64,000 nucleotides of DNA from Gammaproteobacteria bacterium (GTDB lineage Bacteria; Pseudomonadota; Gammaproteobacteria; JAADGQ01), in NCBI GenBank assembly GCA_013152295.1, contig JAADGQ010000112.1, positions 1,977 through 65,976 of the forward strand. The letters are read 5' to 3'. Positions 1 to 6,552 of the stretch are shown piece by piece; the first letter of the stretch is position 1; every line of letters starts with the position of its first letter. A program made the translations under genes and the position numbers. The notes under the pieces were generated by a model. It searched no databases. It was not told where the DNA came from and saw nothing but the letters and a program-made list of their open reading frames with translations.

Positions 1-265
1 CCGTTAAAATTTTATGCGGGTAGCTCTGGTGTCCCACGTCCCAAATCAGACGGTCTTTGGGGGTGTCGAAAATATAGTGCAGGGCAATGGTCAGCTCTAC
101 GGTGCCCAAACCGGCAGAGAGATGCCCTCCCGTTTTCGACACGGACTCGACCATAAATTCGCGTAGCTGTCGGGCAAGTTCGCTTAGCTCCGATTCATCC
201 AGTTGGCGCAACTGGTCGGGGGTGTCCGCTCTTTCAAGTAGTGGGTAGGGGTTCTGCGTACTCAT
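1..265 (-). CDS. dxs: 1-deoxy-D-xylulose-5-phosphate synthase, N-terminal 88 codons only (gene runs off the left edge)
   Basis: Reverse complement of 1..265 translates from ATG (complement of 263-265) to [22 protein letters not shown]...[46 protein letters not shown]. This is the canonical Dxs N-terminus with the GHxxxxLG and WDVGHQ motifs. Not in the ORF track because there is no stop inside the window. Sits upstream of ispA as in the classic xseB-ispA-dxs operon. Confidence 0.85.
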   Translation of the reverse strand, partial: MSTQNPYPLLERADTPDQLRQLDESELSELARQLREFMVESVSKTGGHLSAGLGTVELTIALHYIFDTPKDRLIWDVGHQSYPHKILT

Positions 266-297
266 ATCAATCAGTCAAAAAAATTCTTGTCGATGCG

Positions 298-1191
298 CTA
301 GCTGGTCCGCTCAATGATGTGCCGGGAGAGCTGACGTAGCGGCTCGGCTTCTGCACCAAAGTCAGCCAAGCTGGCGAGCGCATCTTCGTGCAGCTCTTGA
401 GCGCGTTGTTTCGCTTCTGCCATGCCCAACAGGGCGGGGTAGGTGGGCTTGTCCAGCAAGATATCTGCCCCTTGAGGTTTGCCCAACGTATCGGTGTCTG
501 CCTCAATATCCAGAATGTCATCGCGAATCTGAAAGGCCAGCCCCACACATTTGGCGTAATGGTCGAGTTGTTTGAGCAGTTTGCTATCTACGTTTGGCTG
601 GCAGAGTGCGCCCAGTTTTACGCTGGCGCGGATCAACATTCCTGTTTTGAGGATGTGCATGTTCTCCAGCTCGGCCAGTGTTAGCTCCTGACCCTCGGCC
701 AGAAGATCGACTGCTTGTCCGCCGACCATGCCGTGAGAGCCGCTGGCTTGGGCTAATGTATTGACCATCGCCAAGCGTTGCTTGGTTTGCACGCCCATTG
801 TCGGGTCTTGTGCCAATATATGAAATGCCAGAGATTGCAGCGCATCGCCAGCTAAAATAGCCATCGCCTCCCCATAGGCTTTGTGACAGGCGGGTTTGCC
901 ACGGCGTAAGTCGTCGTCGTCCATGGCAGGCAGGTCATCATGAATCAACGAGTAGGCGTGGATCATCTCAACGGCGCAGGCGGGCCCATCCAGTGCAGTT
1001 TTGTCGCACCCTAATGTTTGTCCAGCCAAGTAAACCAGTAATGGACGAATGCGTTTGCCACCGCCCAGAACTGAGTAACGCATCGCTTTGTGGAGCTCCG
1101 TTGGCAGCGTTTTGGCGGCAGGCAACCAGCGCTCCAGGCTTCTCTCAACGCGCGCCTGGTATTCGGTGATCACTTGCTGAAGCGTGCTCAT
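298..1191 (-). CDS. ispA: farnesyl diphosphate synthase (geranyltranstransferase)
   Basis: 297-aa ORF with both Asp-rich prenyltransferase motifs (LIHDDLPAMDDDDLRRGKP and FQIRDDILD). Lies between xseB and dxs as in E. coli. Confidence 0.9.
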   Translation of the reverse strand: MSTLQQVITEYQARVERSLERWLPAAKTLPTELHKAMRYSVLGGGKRIRPLLVYLAGQTLGCDKTALDGPACAVEMIHAYSLIHDDLPAMDDDDLRRGKPACHKAYGEAMAILAGDALQSLAFHILAQDPTMGVQTKQRLAMVNTLAQASGSHGMVGGQAVDLLAEGQELTLAELENMHILKTGMLIRASVKLGALCQPNVDSKLLKQLDHYAKCVGLAFQIRDDILDIEADTDTLGKPQGADILLDKPTYPALLGMAEAKQRAQELHEDALASLADFGAEAEPLRQLSRHIIERTS

Positions 1192-1194
1192 GCT

Positions 1195-1497
1195 TTAGTT
1201 GTTGTCTTTTCGTGGTATGCCAAGAGAGGGTTCCTCTGCCTCGGAGGCGTTGGATGGTCTGCTGTCGTTCATCAATGTCTCTATCTTTTGTTCAGCGTTT
1301 TGCAGCGCATCCTGACAGTGGCGCGTTAGCAAGATACCACGCTCAAAGTGCTTGAGAGACTCCTCCAGGCTGATGTTGCCATCCTCCATGCGTGTCACGA
1401 TGGATTCGAGCTCATCCAGCGATTTTTCAAAATTAGGGAGGCTTTTTTTTCTGGCCAATGGATAATGTTCCACAAAAATAGAGAGGGTGTTTTTCAT
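1195..1497 (-). CDS. xseB: exodeoxyribonuclease VII small subunit
   Basis: The C-terminal roughly 100 aa of the 181-aa ORF 1195..1740 match XseB ([53 protein letters not shown]). Start assigned to the internal Met (complement of 1495-1497, MKNTLSIF...). The upstream 80 codons of the ORF are Arg-rich and non-XseB, so I take them as a caller over-extension. Confidence 0.75.
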   Translation of the reverse strand: MKNTLSIFVEHYPLARKKSLPNFEKSLDELESIVTRMEDGNISLEESLKHFERGILLTRHCQDALQNAEQKIETLMNDSRPSNASEAEEPSLGIPRKDNN

Positions 1498-1773
1498 GAG
1501 TTTTGACGGATGGTCATCGCAAATAAAGCAAGCTACCAAGTGGAAGCCACCGCCGACCAGCACGCCCCTCGCTGAGGCGAACGAAGGCGAGCATTCTATC
1601 AGATTTTTCTGATCGGGCGAGTTTCTTGGTAGGGCATTCTCCCTACTCTTTGGTCGGGCAAGCCGCCTGAATGGTAAGCTTGTGCACAGTAACGCGTTCT
1701 GCCCGAGATATTTTCTGGCAGTTCGCCAGCGATTAGGCATTTTTATATGAATTGAATATAGAGGTATGCAGCC

Positions 1774-2214
1774 ATGACAGAACTCGTTCGCTTCGGCGTC
1801 TCCATCGACGGTGACCTATTGGAGCGCTTTGATGAACTTATTGATCAGAAAGGGTATAAAAATCGCTCTGAAGCGCTACGCGACCTGATTCGTGAGCATA
1901 TGGTCGAAGAGGAGTGGAGTTCAGATCAGGAGACCGTTGGTACCATTACGCTTGTTTACGATCACCACACGCGCGATCTCTCCGCTAACCTCACCCACTT
2001 GCAGCACTCTTTTACCGGGGAGATTATCTCTGTGTTGCATGTTCATTTGGACCACCACAACTGTCTCGAAGTGCTCGTCGTAAAAGGCAAGGGGACATTG
2101 TTGCGTCAACTCGCTGACCAGTTGGCAAGCACGCGGGGTGTCAAACACGGCCAGCTAACTGCTACGACGACTGGCGCCGCCATGCCGGCTTCGGGGCACG
2201 ACCACTCGCACTAG
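1774..2214 (+). CDS. nikR: nickel-responsive transcriptional regulator NikR (ribbon-helix-helix plus ACT-like metal-binding domain)
   Basis: RHH N-terminus ([38 protein letters not shown]). C-terminal domain carries the Ni-site residues ([26 protein letters not shown]). His-rich C-terminus. SD gaggta precedes the ATG. Divergent from xseB and directly upstream of a Nik-type ECF transporter. Confidence 0.85.
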   Translation: MTELVRFGVSIDGDLLERFDELIDQKGYKNRSEALRDLIREHMVEEEWSSDQETVGTITLVYDHHTRDLSANLTHLQHSFTGEIISVLHVHLDHHNCLEVLVVKGKGTLLRQLADQLASTRGVKHGQLTATTTGAAMPASGHDHSH

Positions 2215-2310
2215 TCCGGTGTGCCTTGTGCAGTGCTTGCGTTTATGTCAGTGGCTGGTAGCACGAAATACAAATTAGCATGACCGGCTGTTGACCCGCA
2301 TAGAGCCATA

Positions 2311-2337
2311 GTGTTACTGTTTGTTAAAACGTAGCAC
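2311..2337 (+). promoter_or_regulatory. candidate NikR operator: inverted repeat GTGTTAC-N13-GTAGCAC
   Basis: Imperfect palindrome read directly: gtgttac (2311-2317), a 13-nt AT-rich spacer, then gtagcac (2331-2337; one mismatch to the perfect complement gtaacac). It sits between nikR and the transporter operon and overlaps a possible -35 ttgacc (2291-2296) and -10 region. My recollection is that non-enterobacterial NikR boxes have a GTGTTAC-N13/14-GTAACAC form, but I cannot verify this here. Confidence 0.45.
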
Positions 2338-2388
2338 CGAAAGGCAGTCGCTCCATCCTTACAAACATTTGCGGCTGCCTTGGTAGAA

Positions 2389-2431
2389 CCGGGCGATTTT
2401 TTAGCCCTCTTTTTAATCGCCCGGTTTTTTT
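2389..2431 (+). terminator. stem-loop followed by a T7 run in the leader of the nik transporter operon
   Basis: ccgggcgatt (2389-2398) pairs with aatcgcccgg (2415-2424), a 10-bp stem around a 16-nt loop, followed by ttttttt (2425-2431). It lies 44 nt upstream of the first transporter gene. Confidence 0.5.
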
Positions 2432-2474
2432 ACGTTTTTCGAATACTCCCTTCAAAATACGGTTGCAATAATTA

Positions 2475-3161
2475 ATGAAGAGAAAACGCACGATAACCGG
2501 CTTTTTTTCATTGCGGGGAAACAGGGCTCGCTGCTTTCTCCGATTAACGACCTTCCTGGTTTTTTTTGTCGCCGTGGTGCCTAGCGCGCTTGCGCATAAG
2601 GTCAATCTGTTCGCTTACGCTGAAGGTGACGAGGTCTTTGTCGAAGGCTATTTTGCCGATGGAAAGAAAGCTCAAAAAAGCACTGTTACTGTTTTTGATG
2701 GTAACGTTCTCGTTGCCAAGGGCGTCACTGATGACGAAGGGCTGTTACGCTTTACTCCACCGAAAAAAGTTCCATTAAGGATCACCCTCAATGCCGGTAT
2801 GGGGCATCGGGCTGAATTTCTGCTTGCCGCTGATGAGTGGGGCGATAGCGATGCGAGTAGCGGCGTAGTAACGAATAGACCGCCGACAACCGATAAGTCA
2901 TCGAGTAGTGTAAATGTTGCGCCGACTGTTGATGCAGCCCCCCTCGTCGCAGATGCTTTGCCTCCGGTGAGTCGCGCAGAGCTACACAGTATGATTACAA
3001 AGGCGGTCAAAGAGGCGAATAAGCCGCTTGTCAGAAGCCTTACCGATATGCAGGAGCACGCCTCTTTTTCTCAAATTGTTGGTGGCATTGGTTTTATTTT
3101 TGGCATACTCGGCGCTGCCTTCTATTTTAAAGAGAAGAAGGGAAAAGCTGGCGCTGAATAG
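2475..3161 (+). CDS. bitopic membrane/periplasmic accessory component of the Nik ECF transporter (NikL/NikN/NikK-like)
   Basis: 228 aa. Basic N-terminus plus hydrophobic signal-anchor (FLRLTTFLVFFVAVVPSALA). A beta-rich periplasmic segment (HKVNLFAYAEGDEVFVEGYFADGKKAQKSTVTVFDGNVLVAKGVTDDEGLLRF). An Ala/Pro/Ser/Thr linker. A C-terminal TM helix (IVGGIGFIFGILGAAFYF) with a KEKKGK tail. It is the first gene of the nikM-Q-O operon, a position where NikK/NikL/NikN-type auxiliary subunits occur. Confidence 0.5.
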   Translation: MKRKRTITGFFSLRGNRARCFLRLTTFLVFFVAVVPSALAHKVNLFAYAEGDEVFVEGYFADGKKAQKSTVTVFDGNVLVAKGVTDDEGLLRFTPPKKVPLRITLNAGMGHRAEFLLAADEWGDSDASSGVVTNRPPTTDKSSSSVNVAPTVDAAPLVADALPPVSRAELHSMITKAVKEANKPLVRSLTDMQEHASFSQIVGGIGFIFGILGAAFYFKEKKGKAGAE

Positions 3162-3219
3162 TTGGTCGCTGGACTTCACATTTGAACTTTACGTTTAGGG
3201 AACGGGTGAACAGTTTATT

Positions 3220-3897
3220 ATGCATATCTCTGACGGTATTCTCTCAGCTCCGGTTCTGGCAGCAGGTTTTGCAGGCACTGCCATATTGGCAGCAGCCACT
3301 CTGCGCAAGATGGATATGGATGAAATTCCGAAGATATCCGTTATCACCTCGGTCTTTTTTATCGCCTCGTTGATCCATATTCCCGTTGGCCCCTCAAGCG
3401 TTCACCTTATTTTGAATGGGTTGGTTGGTATTGTGCTCGGCTGGCGAGCGTTTCCCGCCATCATGCTTGGCATTATTTTGCAGACGCTGCTATTTGGCCA
3501 TGGCGGGCTTACTGTCATCGGTGTTAATTCGGTGATGCTGGGTGGCGGCGGTTTGCTTGCTTACATGGTTTGGCAGCTTAGGCATCGCTTTACGCTGCCT
3601 AAAAAGGAGGTTGTGTTCGGTGCGCTGGCTGGCGCAACAGGGATCATCTCATCAGGCATAATACTCGCGCTGGCACTTATCACTACAGGTGACGAGTTTA
3701 TGGCTACTGCCGCTTTTGCACTAGTTGCCCACGTGCCGGTCATGATTGTGGAGGCGATTGTCGTTGGCGCTTGCGCTGGCTACCTTGCTAAAGTGAAACC
3801 GGAGGTGTTAGCTGGGTATATCAGGCCAACACCGAGAGCATCGAAATCGACAGCCAAAGCAGCGGTAGATGGTAAGCAGGACGATACAACTCCTTGA
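3220..3897 (+). CDS. nikM: ECF transporter substrate-capture (S) component NikM/CbiM
   Basis: Begins with MHISDG, the invariant Met-His N-terminus of CbiM/NikM that coordinates the metal. Polytopic membrane protein of 225 aa. No separate or fused NikN domain. Confidence 0.85.
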   Translation: MHISDGILSAPVLAAGFAGTAILAAATLRKMDMDEIPKISVITSVFFIASLIHIPVGPSSVHLILNGLVGIVLGWRAFPAIMLGIILQTLLFGHGGLTVIGVNSVMLGGGGLLAYMVWQLRHRFTLPKKEVVFGALAGATGIISSGIILALALITTGDEFMATAAFALVAHVPVMIVEAIVVGACAGYLAKVKPEVLAGYIRPTPRASKSTAKAAVDGKQDDTTP

Positions 3898-3930
3898 ATG
3901 CAGCCCACGCTCTAGTCTACGGATTTCACT

Positions 3931-4719
3931 GTGCCACTTGATATCGACCGTTACTCCCACCTCGCTTCACCGTTGCAGCGCTGGGATCCCAGGTTTAAGT
4001 TGCTCTCTCTTGGCAGCTTTGCTTTCGGTGTCGCGCTTGTTAAAACACTTCCATTGGCTCTCGTTGCTCTGCTTGTCGCTCTCATTTTACTCAAGCTAAG
4101 CAGCTTGCCTTACCACTTTATTGCGCATGCTATGAAGTGGATTATCTTTTTTCTGTTGCCTTTTTTCTTGATTATGCCGCTGAGCTACCCCGGTGAGGCG
4201 GCTTACCATATCTTGGGTTTGCCGTTCGCGTGGGAGGGGTTGCGGCTCGCCACGCTGATTTTTATCAAAGCCAACGCTATCGTATTGACCACTTTCGCCA
4301 TTTTCGGCTCGTCGCGTTTTGATATATCAATGATTGCACTGCAACATCTTAAATGCCCCAAAGTGCTGGTGCAGATGACTCTGTTTACCTACCGCTACAC
4401 CTTTGTCTTTCTGGAGGAGATGAAGCGTATGCAGGTGGCGATGCGTGCTCGGGGGTTTGTTCTGAAAACGGATATGTATACGCTGCGCACCATGGGCAAC
4501 TTTGTTGGCACGCTGTTGGTGCGCAGTTTTGAGCGCACTGAGCGCGTCTATAACGCCATGCTCTCCAAAGGCTATCAGGGTGAGTTCCATACCTTGGTGC
4601 GATTCAAGTCAGATCGTAGTGATTACATTAAAGCCGTTATCGTGTTGGGTATTACCATCGCATTATTAGTGGGTGATCTGTCGGGAGGCTTTACGCCTGC
4701 GATACAGGGCTGGTACTAG
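3931..4719 (+). CDS. nikQ: ECF transporter transmembrane (T) component NikQ/CbiQ
   Basis: GTG start. 262-aa polytopic protein with the CbiQ signature region (ARGFVLKTDMYTLRTMGNFVGTLLVRSFERTERVYNAMLSKGYQG). Confidence 0.85.
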   Translation: MPLDIDRYSHLASPLQRWDPRFKLLSLGSFAFGVALVKTLPLALVALLVALILLKLSSLPYHFIAHAMKWIIFFLLPFFLIMPLSYPGEAAYHILGLPFAWEGLRLATLIFIKANAIVLTTFAIFGSSRFDISMIALQHLKCPKVLVQMTLFTYRYTFVFLEEMKRMQVAMRARGFVLKTDMYTLRTMGNFVGTLLVRSFERTERVYNAMLSKGYQGEFHTLVRFKSDRSDYIKAVIVLGITIALLVGDLSGGFTPAIQGWY

Positions 4720-4788
4720 TCTCGCCAATGCTCACTTTTTCCGGTGAAAGCCGTTTATTCCAAGCCGCCCAATGCAAAAGGGGGACGC

Positions 4789-5796
4789 GTGTCAGCACCC
4801 ATCGCCATAGAAGTTAAAAATGTATTTTTCACCTATCCCGACGGTCATGACGTACTGAAAGATGTTTCGTGCAGCATCAAGCAGGGCGAGAAAGTTGCGC
4901 TAATTGGCCCCAATGGTGCGGGCAAGTCCACTTTCATGAGTCTGCTTAATGGCGTTGCCATGGCCACCGAGGGTCAGGTATTTATTGATGGTAAAGAGGT
5001 CATTCGCGACAACCTGATCGAAATACGCCGCAGGGTCGGTATCGTATTTCAGGACCCCGACGATCAGCTATTTTGTCCGACGGTCTATGACGATGTTGCT
5101 TTTGGTCCGCTGAATCTTGGGCTTGCAGCAGAAGAGATCGAAGCGCGCATCGAAGAGTCATTGGCGTTGGTTGGGCTGGAGGGGTTTGGTGAGCGCTCTT
5201 CATATCACCTCTCGTTTGGCGAACGCAAACGCTTGGCGTTGGCAACGGTACTCTCTTATCGGCCTGAGATTTTGGTCTTTGATGAACCCTCCACCAATAT
5301 GGATCCACTCAACCGGCGCAAGTTGATAGAGTGGTTGAAGCAGACCGATAAAACCATTCTGCTCTGCACCCATGATCTGGATATCGCTCTGGAGGTCTGC
5401 AGCCGTTGCCTGGTTCTGACCGAAGGCGAAATTGTTGCCAACGGCCCTGCTTCTGAAGTTTTGCATGATAAGCAGTTGCTGGAGTCGAATAATCTGGAGC
5501 TGCCTCTGGCGCTCATCACTCACGAAATACTGCACAATATTCTGCATGCAGAGAAGATGGATGAGGAGCACCGCTCCATCATTGGTGATTTTCTCCACAC
5601 TCACCGTCATGCCCACGGCTCTGATGACCACTTGCACTATCACTTGCATGCTCATCCCCATGATCATGGCCATCTGCACGACCACTCGACGGAATCGCAT
5701 AGCCACCACACGCACGACCACGGTGATGATCCGGCACATGCCAGTATCCCCCATACTCATGAACCAGCAGATCAAACAACCACAGACAAAAAATAG
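4789..5796 (+). CDS. nikO: ECF transporter ATPase NikO/CbiO with a His-rich C-terminal extension
   Basis: Walker A (GPNGAGKST), ABC signature (LSFGERKRLALA), Walker B (LVFDEPST). I prefer the GTG at 4789 because a strong SD aagggggac lies just upstream; the track ORF starts at 4744. The C-terminal roughly 65 aa are extremely His-rich (HTHRHAHGSDDHLHYHLHAHPHDHGHLHDHSTESHSHHTHDHGDD...). Confidence 0.85.
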   Translation: MSAPIAIEVKNVFFTYPDGHDVLKDVSCSIKQGEKVALIGPNGAGKSTFMSLLNGVAMATEGQVFIDGKEVIRDNLIEIRRRVGIVFQDPDDQLFCPTVYDDVAFGPLNLGLAAEEIEARIEESLALVGLEGFGERSSYHLSFGERKRLALATVLSYRPEILVFDEPSTNMDPLNRRKLIEWLKQTDKTILLCTHDLDIALEVCSRCLVLTEGEIVANGPASEVLHDKQLLESNNLELPLALITHEILHNILHAEKMDEEHRSIIGDFLHTHRHAHGSDDHLHYHLHAHPHDHGHLHDHSTESHSHHTHDHGDDPAHASIPHTHEPADQTTTDKK

Positions 5797-5852
5797 CGGG
5801 CAGCCTTGCCATAAATCGTAAATGCTAGCCGCCTGAAACAAGGAAACAGAGC

Positions 5853-6491
5853 ATGCGGGAAAAAGAGAAGAGCACGCAAATTATCTACGTCAGGCATGGC
5901 GTTACAGATTTTCCGCTTGACCGTATCTATTGTGATGACCGAGAAGACCCCGCGCTTAACGAGTTGGGTGTTGCCCAAGCACAGCAGGCGGCGTTGCGCC
6001 TCAAAGAGACACAAATCGATCTGATTGTTGCCAGCCCTTATCTGCGTACACGCATGACGGCGGAAGCCATCGCGCAAGCAACGGGGGCGCCGCTTGAATT
6101 TAACAAAGCGCTACGAGAAAGAGGTTTTGGTATCTGGGATGGGCTCTACTTCAATGAAATTGAAACAGGTTATCCCGAAGATTTTTTACGCTGGAAACAG
6201 AACCCGGCTGACTTCAAGCCTGAAAATGGTGAATCTGTTCACGACCTTCTGCGCAGGGTTTCATCGGTCATTAGTGACATCACGACCCATCACAAAGGGA
6301 AGTGTGTGGCAGTGGTCGCGCACGTTGGCCCCATCCGGGCTTGCCTCTGTGATGCTTTGAACATACCAATCAAACACTATCGGCAGCTCTGTGTCGATTA
6401 CGCCTCATCGAGCCGGGTTGATTACGGTAAAAGCCAAAATAACTTTATATACATGAACCAGACACACGCCGTCGCAGACAACCATCCGTAA
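5853..6491 (+). CDS. histidine phosphatase family protein (phosphoglycerate-mutase-like)
   Basis: RHG catalytic motif near the N-terminus (IYVRHGVTDF). Length and later conserved His (VAVVAHVGPIRA) fit the PGM/CobC-like histidine phosphatase fold. Confidence 0.7.
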   Translation: MREKEKSTQIIYVRHGVTDFPLDRIYCDDREDPALNELGVAQAQQAALRLKETQIDLIVASPYLRTRMTAEAIAQATGAPLEFNKALRERGFGIWDGLYFNEIETGYPEDFLRWKQNPADFKPENGESVHDLLRRVSSVISDITTHHKGKCVAVVAHVGPIRACLCDALNIPIKHYRQLCVDYASSSRVDYGKSQNNFIYMNQTHAVADNHP

Positions 6492-6500
6492 ATTCAGACG

Positions 6501-6533
6501 AAAAAATGGGGCGCACCTTGCGGTGCGCCCCAT
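6501..6533. terminator. hairpin between convergent genes; reads as an intrinsic terminator for the minus-strand giant gene
   Basis: atggggcgcacc (6506-6517), loop ttgc, ggtgcgccccat (6522-6533): a perfect 12-bp GC-rich stem. The A6 run on the plus strand becomes a T6 run directly after the stem on the minus strand. Confidence 0.6.
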
Positions 6534-6552
6534 TCTCAGGTTGGCTTTGGGA

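Noticed and set aside
267-548. Many ORFs in the supplied track run antisense to or overlap strong genes (for example 267..548, 6523..7026, 12083..12601, 13084..13641, 29064..29606, 31237..31752, 37940..38470, 39550..40338, 42079..42720, 58867..59697).
   Set aside because: They lie opposite or out of frame to well-supported conserved genes (ispA, the giant gene, icd, ileS, atpA, atpD, glmU, DedA). Their products are low-complexity Arg/Ala/Ser-rich, as expected from stop-codon-poor GC-rich DNA. I do not call them.
1498-1740. N-terminal 80 codons of the 181-aa ORF containing xseB, as a possible fusion domain.
   Set aside because: No similarity to anything I recognise. Arg-rich composition. The XseB family is about 80-100 aa. 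The segment coincides with the divergent nikR/xseB promoter region.
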